The notes beneath the pieces are model-generated. The model worked only from the letters and a program-made list of their open reading frames with translations. It had not been told where the DNA came from and did no database searches. Positions 47,467-57,703 of a DNA stretch of 64,000 nt are shown one piece after another. Position 1 is the first letter of the stretch. Every line of letters begins with the position of its first letter. A program made the translations under genes and the position numbers. This DNA comes from an uncultured Lachnospiraceae bacterium (lineage in GTDB: Bacteria > Bacillota > Clostridia > Lachnospirales > Lachnospiraceae), in assembly GCA_905234595.1 (NCBI GenBank), contig CAJOID010000005.1, positions 4,856 through 68,855 of the forward strand. Reading direction: 5' to 3'.

Positions 47467-48432
47467 TTAAAAACGGGAACGCCACGCCGAAGCCATAATA
47501 TATGCAGCCTGCGCTTCCGCAGAAGTCCCCTGGATAATGAAGTCCGGACACCCGCTCACTTCCCTGATGATCCCGTAATCATCGATCTTACCGGAGACTG
47601 TTTCGTATGCACGATCTGCGTTTTCTTTGTATGATCCTGAAACATATCCATTCAGAATCCCCCTATATACCGATGCGGCCATCATCATTGCAGAGGTTCC
47701 GTCTGTAAAGGAATCCTCGTCATCAAGAATATCCCTAAATCTCCCGTCCGGCAGTTGAAATCTCATAAACGTCTCAAGAATCCCATTGAAAAACGGCTCC
47801 AGTTCGGCACATATATCCTCTCTTCCTTTTTCCCGTGCCTCCTCTATCACTCTGGCAAGTCCCATCAGGGCCCAGCCGTTACCGGTGGCCCAATGAACCT
47901 TTCTCACGAACCTGTTCTGTGCGATATCCTTAATATGAAAAAAGAGACCGGCTTCGGGATCATACAGGTGCTTTATATATCCTCTGATCTGAGCCAGCGC
48001 TTCATCAGGCTTCCCCATCATTGCAAGAAAAGGCGGAACCATATACAATCCGTCTATCCAGAGTTGATATTTAGAGAATCCTTCGACAAATGAGACATTG
48101 TTATGACATATGATACCGTCCGAAGTACACGGTGCCTTATTCATCAGGTAATGAAGCATTCCCCGGGCGCCGTCCATGAAGAACTCATCTCCGGTTTTTT
48201 CATAAGCCCGAAGACACACCTCACCTGCTGACGCAGGGTCCGAGACAGTCTCCCCGCCTCCTGCCATGGCAAGACGTCCGTCAGGCGATCTGCGTACTAC
48301 CGCATCATAGGCCATGGGAATCCAAAGTCCGTCTTCCTCTGCTTCATATAATGCCTGTGCACATACTCCCTGTTCCCAGGGATATCTCTGCATCGCAAGC
48401 ATGGCATAAATCACTTTTTTCATATATTTCAT
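47467..48432 (-). CDS. GH88/GH105 unsaturated glycuronide hydrolase
   Basis: LWIDGLYMVPPFLA, L.DP..GLF.H, WATGNGW..MG, DG.F..ILD, TS. Confidence 0.82.
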   Translation of the reverse strand: MKYMKKVIYAMLAMQRYPWEQGVCAQALYEAEEDGLWIPMAYDAVVRRSPDGRLAMAGGGETVSDPASAGEVCLRAYEKTGDEFFMDGARGMLHYLMNKAPCTSDGIICHNNVSFVEGFSKYQLWIDGLYMVPPFLAMMGKPDEALAQIRGYIKHLYDPEAGLFFHIKDIAQNRFVRKVHWATGNGWALMGLARVIEEAREKGREDICAELEPFFNGILETFMRFQLPDGRFRDILDDEDSFTDGTSAMMMAASVYRGILNGYVSGSYKENADRAYETVSGKIDDYGIIREVSGCPDFIIQGTSAEAQAAYIMASAWRSRF

Positions 48433-48433
48433 T

Positions 48434-50404
48434 TCAAATAGCGGCTTCATCCTTATACTGTCCAAGGCTGTTAAGGCCCTCAAGTATCGACCCGCAGGCC
48501 CACGGCATGAGTGCAAACCACGTAGAGGCTACGCTGCCGTCCGGATAATGCTCCGTAAGGAGTCCCTGGCTGTGGCAGAATCTCTCTGACATCCAGCCTG
48601 TTTTGCCATAATCAAACTCACGATCATATGTATTGTGACACTGACAGCTCCACAGGATCGTATCGTTCAGTCTTCCGGCCACATACGCATCATCCCGGAA
48701 ACCAAGATAATACTTCATCTCTCCGATCACGGATGATGACATGGGGTGGATGTGCGGATTGGTAACCGATGTGATGCTTCCACCCGAACTCGACCAGCCC
48801 ACGCTGCTGAGCGGAGGGACCTTGATGGGCGAGTTGTAACAGAATTTAAAGGTAAACTCATAGTACAGAGCATCACGCATATGATCAAGCAGTATCTCAT
48901 CTCCCGTGATCTCATGCAGGAAACGTACCGCCCTGATATAACTTAAGATCCCCTCGGAATCGATATTTTTGTCTATGTCGAGAGGTCCGCCGTAACACTC
49001 CTGACGGCAGATGTATGTCTCGTGATACCATTTCTCACTCTTCCGGATGCCTTCGAGATATCTGCTTTCTCCCGTAATATAGCTGTAATAAGCCGCAGCA
49101 GCCATGCACCATGCTCCGGAGAACGAATCATACGAAAGTCCCGCGCCCGTCCTGTCCGAAAAGATATACGGATACTCTCCGTCCGAATTGCGGCTTAGCT
49201 CGGTGACAGCTATCACTTTACCGGCAAACTCAAGCCAGTCAGAATGCTCATGACCGGCATTCTTCTCCCACTCGTAGGCCTTAAGGAGCAGATAAACAGA
49301 CTGTCCCACCAGATATGCGGCATGCCCCGGAGTCGGCTGCTTGTCATACCACCAGCCGCGGTTACCCCACACTCCGTCAACCTCTGCAGTAAAAGGAAGC
49401 CCGTTTACCGGATTAATGCTTGTCGCCACTATATGGGAAATACTGTCAAGGGCCTGTGCCCGCATAGTCTCATCCCCAAGTGTATGAGCAGACATGAGCA
49501 TGGGCACCGTTGCAGACAGACCGTTGGTCCAGGAGATCGACGGCAGGATCCTGTACTCATATCCCTCCGGTTTATCAAATACAAAGCCTGAATAAGTATG
49601 TCTGTCCGCAAGCCAGGCATCACGGGCTATTGCCGTTGAGATATCCTTTATGGTTTCGGCAGGTGTCCGGCACTTCCTCGGTTCTTCATGATACAGATCA
49701 TAGACGCGGGTAAGTGCTTTATGGATTCCTCTTTCATCCTCTGATTCATGATCAAACAGGTGCATGGTAATCGAAATTTTTCCGCCCTTTTTGATCTCAA
49801 AGCAATTATCCGAAAGAGGTTCTCTCTCCGAATATTTATGGGAATCTGTGAACAGATATGGGGCATTCTCATAGCCTAAGGTATACCACACCTCGCCTTT
49901 TTCAAGAGAGCATCCGAATCCGGCGTATTGGCAGAAATCTCCTGTCTTTCCGGGGTACCACTCCGACACTTCACCGTCTGTGCGCAGATAATACGGTGAG
50001 GCCGCAAACCCCCTCATCCTGCCATCCGAAAATGCCAGTGCGCAGGGATGCGACAATCTGTCGCCTCTTACCATCCACCAGGGGCTTGCAGGAAAATCTT
50101 CATCAAGCCTCAGTCTTGGCGTAAGACTGTCGGTCTTAAGCGGAGCTTCGCCACGATTGGTCCCGTACATGAATCCGGGCAGATAGAAACGAGACGACTC
50201 ACTTCCGATCTGCAGTCCTATACGGATCACGCCTTCAAAATCAGTTGTTGCGGATATCTCGACATCTGCTTTTATATAGCCGCTTTTTGCATCCGCCTCA
50301 CTTACCCGGGCACTGAGTCCGAAAACCGACATGTCTTCGTATTCAGTCTCTCCTGTTTTGCTTCTTGCTGTAAATATCAACCGCGACACTATTCTGTCAT
50401 CCAT
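48434..50404 (-). CDS. Large uncharacterised protein, probable beta-sandwich + (alpha/alpha)-barrel glycosidase-like fold
   Basis: Trp/Tyr/Asp-rich; helical repeats (ITGE.RYL, ITGD..LL) in the C-terminal half; adjacent to the GH105 gene. Confidence 0.55.
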   Translation of the reverse strand: MDDRIVSRLIFTARSKTGETEYEDMSVFGLSARVSEADAKSGYIKADVEISATTDFEGVIRIGLQIGSESSRFYLPGFMYGTNRGEAPLKTDSLTPRLRLDEDFPASPWWMVRGDRLSHPCALAFSDGRMRGFAASPYYLRTDGEVSEWYPGKTGDFCQYAGFGCSLEKGEVWYTLGYENAPYLFTDSHKYSEREPLSDNCFEIKKGGKISITMHLFDHESEDERGIHKALTRVYDLYHEEPRKCRTPAETIKDISTAIARDAWLADRHTYSGFVFDKPEGYEYRILPSISWTNGLSATVPMLMSAHTLGDETMRAQALDSISHIVATSINPVNGLPFTAEVDGVWGNRGWWYDKQPTPGHAAYLVGQSVYLLLKAYEWEKNAGHEHSDWLEFAGKVIAVTELSRNSDGEYPYIFSDRTGAGLSYDSFSGAWCMAAAAYYSYITGESRYLEGIRKSEKWYHETYICRQECYGGPLDIDKNIDSEGILSYIRAVRFLHEITGDEILLDHMRDALYYEFTFKFCYNSPIKVPPLSSVGWSSSGGSITSVTNPHIHPMSSSVIGEMKYYLGFRDDAYVAGRLNDTILWSCQCHNTYDREFDYGKTGWMSERFCHSQGLLTEHYPDGSVASTWFALMPWACGSILEGLNSLGQYKDEAAI

Positions 50405-50435
50405 GTCTCGTCCTCTCATGACCATCCGATCCGCT

Positions 50436-51512
50436 TCATCTCAACAGATCATATACTCCGTCTTCTGACAGGACTCCGCGCTTCAGATAAGCCGGCAGCA
50501 GTCCCGCCTCATCAAGTTCATAGTCCGATCTCCAGTCAGAACTCGTATAGTAAGCTTCAAGCTGTGCCAGATCTTCCGGCGTCCCACTGCCGCTCCGGAC
50601 CTTTTCGAACAGTTCCTCCATGGCCGCAATACGCTCAAATGCCTCTTCCTCGCTCTGCCCGATACCAAAGATATGCTTCTCCATGCTCTGTTTCAGATCA
50701 TGAGAGTCATCTTCGATATGCGAAAGAAACGTAACAATGATCCCAGACTGAGGCACTACATAACACTTCTGCTTCCACTTGCCGTTAATGCTGAATCCGC
50801 CTCTGTATTTCCAGATATAGAAACCGTAGCCGCCCTCACGGTTCATCTGCCGGACGTTTACTGCCAGATCCACGTATTCTTCTGACACGATACGGGTACC
50901 GCCAAATATACCCTTATTATAGAGAAGCAGACCGAACTTGCTCAGATCATGGACCGGGAGGCGCATGCCTGAAGCCCCGTAGAAATATCCTTCCGGGGAT
51001 CTGGTATATTCATACGAAGTAATGTCCATCGGGGCAAATATCCGCTGCTCAATGAACTCTCCAAGGTCGCATCCGAGAGCAGCGTGTAAAACGACACACA
51101 TAAGATAAGCAGGTATATTGCTGTAATCGAATTCTGCCCTGTCAGGCTCCTCTATCCCACAGTTAAGAGAAAACTCCAGCCAGTTGTCTCCCTCGGGGCG
51201 GAACGGAAAACCTTTTACGGACATCGTAAGAAGTCGTCTGATACTGATCCCGGCAAACATATCCAACTGTTTCCGCGGGATGGGAATATAGTCAAGAAAC
51301 GGTCTGTCGAGTTCAATCCGGCCCTCATCATAAGCAATCCCGACAGCTATGGAAAGCACGGTCTTGGTCGCCGAGTAGATCTCATGAAGGCCGCTCGTAT
51401 CACCGTAACTGTGTTTAAGCGCGCCGTCACGGTACACTTCCACGCCGAATACATTCCAGTTATTATCCTGAATATCTTTTATAAACCCGTCAAAATCCAT
51501 ATATTGTTTCAC
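50436..51512 (-). CDS. Serine hydrolase (beta-lactamase class C-like) with a C-terminal DUF4298-like domain
   Basis: YSATKT (SxxK), LLTMS, FDYSN; C-terminal YY.S..W..DYE.DE.G..P..LKRGVLSEDG.YD. Confidence 0.8.
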   Translation of the reverse strand: MKQYMDFDGFIKDIQDNNWNVFGVEVYRDGALKHSYGDTSGLHEIYSATKTVLSIAVGIAYDEGRIELDRPFLDYIPIPRKQLDMFAGISIRRLLTMSVKGFPFRPEGDNWLEFSLNCGIEEPDRAEFDYSNIPAYLMCVVLHAALGCDLGEFIEQRIFAPMDITSYEYTRSPEGYFYGASGMRLPVHDLSKFGLLLYNKGIFGGTRIVSEEYVDLAVNVRQMNREGGYGFYIWKYRGGFSINGKWKQKCYVVPQSGIIVTFLSHIEDDSHDLKQSMEKHIFGIGQSEEEAFERIAAMEELFEKVRSGSGTPEDLAQLEAYYTSSDWRSDYELDEAGLLPAYLKRGVLSEDGVYDLLR

Positions 51513-52150
51513 AGAAGTCCGAGTGCCTTTTCCGCCAGAACAACGGTCTGGTCGATAGTTCTGTTCTCGTCCCGGTAGATCACATTGAATCCGGAGTTTT
51601 CCAGTTCATCATAGCTCTCCTGCGAGCAGATCAGTTCCAGCCCCTGTCTGTAATTCTCCATCGCTTTATCCGGATCAGGTTCCTCCATGATCAGCTGATA
51701 GAGGAACTGCTTTTCAGGATCGGGACGGTCGAAAAATCTGTGAATGGGGATCTGCGGATCCGAGAGCATCACGAGTGTATGCTCGATCGGAGCGATCCTG
51801 CGTAATGTTTCTATACTGATATTCGTGTCAACGAATACCTTCCTGTTACAGTTGCAGATCTCCGGCAGCATTCTGAGCTCCAGTATCTCACATTCTTTCT
51901 TTGCTCCATCGATCCAGTCCTTATATTCCTGCGGTGACCTTCTGATGAAGTCGTGCCAGTCAACCAGGTCCCTTGTATAGCAAAGGCATGGGAATACTGC
52001 GGCATCAAGCTCGCCGTCATAATCATCATGATAGTTTTCTTCACAGGCTATACCATCATGTTTCTTCGCCAGAGCCTTCACCATCGTGGACTTACCGGCA
52101 TACGAAGTTCCTATGATAAAATAGGCGTTTTCAAAAAAAGGATTATCCAT
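51509..52150 (-). CDS. P-loop kinase-like protein
   Basis: IGTSYAGKST Walker A. Confidence 0.65.
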   Translation of the reverse strand: MDNPFFENAYFIIGTSYAGKSTMVKALAKKHDGIACEENYHDDYDGELDAAVFPCLCYTRDLVDWHDFIRRSPQEYKDWIDGAKKECEILELRMLPEICNCNRKVFVDTNISIETLRRIAPIEHTLVMLSDPQIPIHRFFDRPDPEKQFLYQLIMEEPDPDKAMENYRQGLELICSQESYDELENSGFNVIYRDENRTIDQTVVLAEKALGLL

Positions 52151-52155
52151 GTCCG

Positions 52156-53283
52156 TTATTTCATCGTGATCAGTTCATATTCACGTGATCCTATCCCGAG
52201 TTTTTCCGAATGTTCCAGAGTCTCCGCCCAGGAAACATTGGGGTTGCTGTTGTGCCATACATCTCCGTGGTCATGGAAATGTTCTTTAGCCATGTTATCA
52301 CCGAGCTGGCTGTTTCTGATGGGTTCAGCTTTCTGGCACAGGTCCACACATGCCTGATCCAGTGCCACCGGATCGAATGAAGCCAGCATTCCTATATCCG
52401 GAAGGATCGGTGCATCGTTTTCTCCGTGACAGTCACAGTTAGGCGACACATCCGTGATCAGACTGATATGAAAATTCGGTCTCCCGTTCAGTACCGCATA
52501 TGAATACTCCGCCATTTTCATTCCGAGAAGCTGAGGGGCATTGGAATTCACGTTCTCTATCGCATCAAAGGCGCATGCACCGATACAGCGTCCGCATCCC
52601 TTGCATTTTTCGGGATCTATCCATGCCTTGTTATCCTTATATACTATGGCATCCGAGCCGCATTCCTTTGCGCATCTTCTGCAGCCTTTACACAGATCCG
52701 TAATGACATGGGGCTGTCCGCTGTTATGCTGCTGCATCTTGCCGGCGCGGCTTCCGCATCCCATGCCTATGTTCTTGATCGCGCCTCCGAAGCCCGCCAT
52801 TTCATGTCCCTTAAAGTGATTAAGAGAGATAAAGATATCCGCATCCATGATCGCACGGCCTATATATGCTTCCTTGCAGTACTCCGCATTCGGTACAGGT
52901 ACTGCTATGTCATCCGTGCCGCGCAGACCATCGGCGATGATGATCTGACATCCGGTAGTCACGGTATTGAATCCGTTTATATTAGCGCAATCAAGATGCT
53001 CCAGCGCATGTTTTCTGCTCCCCGGATACAGTGTGTTACAGTCGGTCAGGAACGGCATTCCTCCCAGATCCTTGACCACATCAGCTACAGCCTTGGCATA
53101 ATTAGGCCTAAGATACGCCAGATTACCCAGTTCTCCGAAATGCATCTTGATGGCTACAAATTTACCATCCATATCGATCGAGCCTATACCGGCCATTCTT
53201 ATCAGTTTCTGAAGTTTCAGTGTAAGGCTGACCCCCAGCTCAGTCCTGAAATCAGTGAAATAAACTTTTGAACCACTTCCCAT
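52156..53283 (-). CDS. DUF362 domain Fe-S protein with a 4Fe-4S dicluster
   Basis: AIKMHFGE.GN, HFKGH..AGFGGA.KN.GMGC, CKGCRRC/CKGCGRC, DPVALDQA. Confidence 0.88.
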   Translation of the reverse strand: MGSGSKVYFTDFRTELGVSLTLKLQKLIRMAGIGSIDMDGKFVAIKMHFGELGNLAYLRPNYAKAVADVVKDLGGMPFLTDCNTLYPGSRKHALEHLDCANINGFNTVTTGCQIIIADGLRGTDDIAVPVPNAEYCKEAYIGRAIMDADIFISLNHFKGHEMAGFGGAIKNIGMGCGSRAGKMQQHNSGQPHVITDLCKGCRRCAKECGSDAIVYKDNKAWIDPEKCKGCGRCIGACAFDAIENVNSNAPQLLGMKMAEYSYAVLNGRPNFHISLITDVSPNCDCHGENDAPILPDIGMLASFDPVALDQACVDLCQKAEPIRNSQLGDNMAKEHFHDHGDVWHNSNPNVSWAETLEHSEKLGIGSREYELITMK

Positions 53284-53289
53284 TTTTAC

Positions 53290-54348
53290 TTACCCCTCCT
53301 TTTTATATTCATAATCGATCAGCGTCATTTTATCATTGACCGGCTTTTCTTCGCCGACTCTTACAAATCCGCATTTTTCATACAGATGACAGTTCGCCGG
53401 TTCCTGCAAAATGGTCTCCAGCTTCCAGCAGGTCACCTCCGGCAGCTGTTCAAAAGCTTTCTGTATGGCAGTATAACCTATTCCGAGGTTCTGATACTCA
53501 GGCAGGATAAAGATCGGGCTTATGAAGGCAATTCGTTTCTCATTCGGATCGTTATGACCTATATTGATTGCTCCGACTCTCGCGCCGTCTTTCATGATGA
53601 AATAATATTTCCTGTTTTCTACAGCATATCTTCTTCGGATCCTGTCTATGGATTCAATCGCAGGCGATCCCTCATCATGATATTTTTCATATAAGGGCAT
53701 AAAACTCTTAACCTGCATATCATACAACTCGGGTATCTCATCCTCCGATACTTCCACAAGTCTTACTTTCCGCATCATGTCTTTTATTCTTTTATCCGGC
53801 AGATTAAAGTACTCTTTTATCTTTCGGGCGCAGACATCGGGATCAAGAGAGGTGTTGTCTATCTTAATATAGTTTTTAAAAGTGACCTCTCCGTCGTTGC
53901 TCACGAGACGGTAATGGGCGTCTTCGTACATAAGCCTGTTATCCGAAATATCGAGATCACGTTTTGATGCTTTGTTGCTCAGACGGTTCTCCGTCCGGTT
54001 TCTCTTAAGCCTCTCCTGCTGATCGGCCACGAGTTCAACGTAATAAACGCTGCCTCCCGTCGCTTCAAACTTATCGGAAAGGCTTTTAACGAACTCCCAT
54101 TCCGAGGGCATGTCAAACGCCATCATATACGTAAAGATCAGCCCCTGATACTCAGTCTTTAAAAACTCGTCAAATATATCGTCTCTCAGCTTGGAGATCA
54201 GGGATCCCTGGAAGCCGCCAAACACCTCTAAAACAGGCTCTATCATCATATGATTGTGAAAGAGTCTGAAATCCGTTATCTTCATCAGTTCCTGACCAAC
54301 GGTCATCTTGCCGACTGCACCGCTGCCCAGTATCAATATCAGATCCAT
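53290..54348 (-). CDS. P-loop (shikimate-kinase-like) domain fused to a GNAT acetyltransferase
   Basis: GSGAVGKMTVG, FHNH; C-terminal FILPEYQNLGIG, N.HLYEKCGF. Confidence 0.8.
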   Translation of the reverse strand: MDLILILGSGAVGKMTVGQELMKITDFRLFHNHMMIEPVLEVFGGFQGSLISKLRDDIFDEFLKTEYQGLIFTYMMAFDMPSEWEFVKSLSDKFEATGGSVYYVELVADQQERLKRNRTENRLSNKASKRDLDISDNRLMYEDAHYRLVSNDGEVTFKNYIKIDNTSLDPDVCARKIKEYFNLPDKRIKDMMRKVRLVEVSEDEIPELYDMQVKSFMPLYEKYHDEGSPAIESIDRIRRRYAVENRKYYFIMKDGARVGAINIGHNDPNEKRIAFISPIFILPEYQNLGIGYTAIQKAFEQLPEVTCWKLETILQEPANCHLYEKCGFVRVGEEKPVNDKMTLIDYEYKKEG

Positions 54349-54352
54349 GCAT

Positions 54353-55105
54353 TTACTCCTTCGGAATCTTCACCGACTTAACAAACAGAAAATCAGGTTT
54401 ATGATACAGATCATCATATTCCGGATAGTTATTATGGATCTCCGGTGTAGGAAAAGGCTCGGCCATCTTCAGTATCATGAATCCCGCATCAGCCAGTGTA
54501 TTTACGATAGTTGAAAACATTCTGTGATACTTCTGAACGCCTTCAACGAACCAGGTCGAATCATTTCTCTGCTCCACACAGTAATTTGCAAGGTTAGCAT
54601 GTATCTTGGTGCCGTTTTCATCACGCGTCCACCGGTCTCCGTCACCGGAATAGCAGGTGTTTACAGGATGCTCCTGTGAAAACAGGAATATGCCTCCATC
54701 ATCCAAAAGCGAATGAACGGCCTTTACCACACCCGCAAAATCCTCAACATAATGCAATGCCAGAGAACTTATCACCACATCGAACTTCTCATCTATGCTG
54801 CTGGCATCTTCCATCGGAATATTTAGATAAATAATATTCGGATCGGAGTTTTCCTCGCGTGCTGTTTTCAGCATTTTCTCAGAGATATCAACTCCGACAA
54901 CCCTGATCGCCCCCTGGCTGATATATTCTTTACAATGCTCGCCGAATCCGCAGCCCAGGTCGAGGACTCTTTTCCCGTTCAACTCCGGAAGGAGTTCCTT
55001 AAGAGTCGGAATCTCAAAAAGTTTATTCGCATTGACTTCGCGATTCCTAAGTTTGCTGTATCCTTCATAAAAAGCCTCATTATCGTAAATGTTCTGCCTG
55101 GCCAT
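54353..55105 (-). CDS. Class I SAM-dependent methyltransferase
   Basis: VLDLGCGFG, GVDISEKML, FD.V.SSLALHY. Confidence 0.92.
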   Translation of the reverse strand: MARQNIYDNEAFYEGYSKLRNREVNANKLFEIPTLKELLPELNGKRVLDLGCGFGEHCKEYISQGAIRVVGVDISEKMLKTAREENSDPNIIYLNIPMEDASSIDEKFDVVISSLALHYVEDFAGVVKAVHSLLDDGGIFLFSQEHPVNTCYSGDGDRWTRDENGTKIHANLANYCVEQRNDSTWFVEGVQKYHRMFSTIVNTLADAGFMILKMAEPFPTPEIHNNYPEYDDLYHKPDFLFVKSVKIPKE

Positions 55106-55125
55106 ATAAGCTCATCAACCTCCGT

Positions 55126-57126
55126 TTACCAGATCGTTCTGGACTTTTCATCGGGGATACCGCTCTTACGATAGAAATATGAATTCACCTGATCACACCA
55201 CTCGTGCGCATTGATCAGCTGACGCTCAAAACGTTCTCTCACATTCTCATATATCTCGTCATCTATCCTGCCTTTAAGCGCGTCCCATTTTCCGGCCAGT
55301 CCTTTAGCTTCTTCATATCCCTCAAAGTGTGTATCATATATATGCTGTATCACGGTCTTTCCACTGTGAAGCCTATGCGTATACGGGAGATGATGGAAGA
55401 ATAAGACCAGTTCATCCGGGCACTTTTCCGGTGAATTATACATGGATGCATTCGGTTCGTTATACTGAAGTGCATATCCGGTCCCTTTATCCGTTCTGTC
55501 GACGCCTATGCCCAGATGATCGGCTCTATGGTATGTCCCCCATCTGTCATACTCATATCCGTCTACACTGCATCCGTAATGGGTAGCAGGCTGCACCATC
55601 CACCCTATTCCAAGAGGGCATGTATATTTCTCGTATATTGCCCGTGAGGGAAGCAAAATAGACATTACATCCCGGACGACATCATCATCGTCAGAGATCG
55701 TCATCCTCACAAACTCTTCAGCTATCTGCTCTGATGTCAGCTCCGTGTCAAAAGCAAGTCTGCCGAAACCGTACAGATTAGCTCCTGCAAGATAATTCCC
55801 GGTCCAGTTATAATCATTACCGGTATTTGTAACCGCAGCAATACCGGAATATCTGCTGTTTAAGGTTTTCCCGCTGATGATATCCGCTACACTGTCATCC
55901 TTTTCGCTGCAATATGTCTTAAACCCGAGAATTTCCTTGAACATCGGGATCAGATAACATACATCGATCTGATGGCCCGTGTATTCCTGCGCGATCTGAA
56001 CCTCCAGCATCTGATTGGTCTTCTTAAGCCCGCCGATAAGCGGTGAAACAGGCTCTCTTATCTGGAAATCCATCGGTCCGTTTTTGATCTGCAGGATAAC
56101 ATTGTCGTGATATTCACCATCCATTGGCATAAAATTGTCATATCCTGCTCGAGCTCTGTCGGTCTTTCTGTCCCTCCAGTCCTGCTTGCAGTTATATACA
56201 AAACATCTCCATACAATGATCCCGCCATATTCCTTAACAATATCCGCAAGCATATTGGCTCCGTCTGCCTGAGTCCTGCCGTATGTAAACGGTCCGGGAC
56301 GGCCTTCAGAGTCCGCTTTTACGAGAAATCCTCCAAGTGTGGGGATCCTGTCGAATACCTCGGCCATTTTGGTACGCCACCAGGCGATGACTTTCTCATC
56401 AAGCGGATCCGCACTGTCCAGACCGCCGATCTCTATGGTAGATGCATAGTTAAGGCTTAAGAATAATCTGATCCCATATCCGGCAAATATCTCACCAAGT
56501 TCGGCCAGTTTATCGTAATATCTGTCGGTAATCATATATGAAGCTGCATCTTTAACATTTACATTGTTGATGACAACAGCATTGATACCGACGGATGATA
56601 TGAGTCTCGCATAGTCTCTGGTGCGCTCATTTATGACGATCTTATTATCCGCAAAAAAGAACGACTCTCCCGAATATCCCCGCTCAATATCCCCATTCAT
56701 ATTGTCCCAGTGGTTTAACATTCTTAAAGGGTTGGAAGGGCGGACAACGATGCCTTTTCCGTATGCCTCAATGACGTCTTTTTCGACAGCAACGGTCCGG
56801 AGAATGTCAAATGCGCCGTATAGGATTCCGGTGCCGCTTTTAGCCTCTACGACAATTCCTTCATCACTCAGTGAAATCCGGTATTCCTCATTGTCCAGGA
56901 TTTCACTGCCGTTTGATACGGTCCCAGTCACACCGGGCGTTCCGAATACGATTTCCGGCTCGATATCAAGCATTGTTTTCAATCCGGTTTTAAGTTCCTC
57001 CGATGCATTTACTGCCACCGCATCAGTTTCATCCACACCTGTAAAACTTATCTTGTTAAGATTTTTACAGTCCCTGTTATGCGTTTTCTTCTTATATCCA
57101 AGCCATAGATCAGAATAATTTTTCAT
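55126..57126 (-). CDS. aguA: Alpha-glucuronidase, GH67
   Basis: RMLNHWDN..G.IERGYSG, NNVN, VKADSEG.PGP, KNGPMDFQ.REP, QEYTG. Confidence 0.95.
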   Translation of the reverse strand: MKNYSDLWLGYKKKTHNRDCKNLNKISFTGVDETDAVAVNASEELKTGLKTMLDIEPEIVFGTPGVTGTVSNGSEILDNEEYRISLSDEGIVVEAKSGTGILYGAFDILRTVAVEKDVIEAYGKGIVVRPSNPLRMLNHWDNMNGDIERGYSGESFFFADNKIVINERTRDYARLISSVGINAVVINNVNVKDAASYMITDRYYDKLAELGEIFAGYGIRLFLSLNYASTIEIGGLDSADPLDEKVIAWWRTKMAEVFDRIPTLGGFLVKADSEGRPGPFTYGRTQADGANMLADIVKEYGGIIVWRCFVYNCKQDWRDRKTDRARAGYDNFMPMDGEYHDNVILQIKNGPMDFQIREPVSPLIGGLKKTNQMLEVQIAQEYTGHQIDVCYLIPMFKEILGFKTYCSEKDDSVADIISGKTLNSRYSGIAAVTNTGNDYNWTGNYLAGANLYGFGRLAFDTELTSEQIAEEFVRMTISDDDDVVRDVMSILLPSRAIYEKYTCPLGIGWMVQPATHYGCSVDGYEYDRWGTYHRADHLGIGVDRTDKGTGYALQYNEPNASMYNSPEKCPDELVLFFHHLPYTHRLHSGKTVIQHIYDTHFEGYEEAKGLAGKWDALKGRIDDEIYENVRERFERQLINAHEWCDQVNSYFYRKSGIPDEKSRTIW

Positions 57127-57127
57127 A

Positions 57128-57703
57128 TCATTCCCTTCCACGCATCATTTCGTTTACTTTTTCGAGTATGCCGGGCATCCTCTGCAAATCCGTCAGAGTA
57201 TCTCCCGTTTCCAGAGAATGGTTCGCATCATCAATCTCATACAGCCGGAGCCCCAGTTCTTTACATTTAGCCTCAACAAGTTCTGTTTCACACCACGGAT
57301 CGGCTGTACCATGAAATACTATCCCGCTTTCTTCCCGCAGATGCGTAAAGGTCTCGGAAACCGGCGTGAACACGATATGCCCGGCATTTATTCCGTTTTC
57401 TCTGTCATAAAAAGCCGCAACCGCCGTTCCGATGCTCTTTCCAATAAACAGGACGTCCCGATGATCTGCAAATGTGACCGAAGAAAGCTGCTTTTGCGTC
57501 TCTCCGACTGCATACAAAAAAGCTTCTTTCTTTGCGTCCGCATTATTCATGATGTCTCTTGCTCTCATATTAAAAACATAAGAGACTTCCAGGAGCTCAT
57601 ATCCATGCTCTCTGGCAAGTCTCTTTGCATAATACAAAAGCGGTTTATCGCTGTGATATCCCATTCCCGGAAATATGATCGCTATCTTATCCTTCTTCAC
57701 CAC
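57128..57703 (-). CDS. Alpha/beta hydrolase
   Basis: FPG.GY..DKPLLYY, GKSIG, GTADP, ANHSL. Confidence 0.8.
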   Translation of the reverse strand: MVKKDKIAIIFPGMGYHSDKPLLYYAKRLAREHGYELLEVSYVFNMRARDIMNNADAKKEAFLYAVGETQKQLSSVTFADHRDVLFIGKSIGTAVAAFYDRENGINAGHIVFTPVSETFTHLREESGIVFHGTADPWCETELVEAKCKELGLRLYEIDDANHSLETGDTLTDLQRMPGILEKVNEMMRGRE

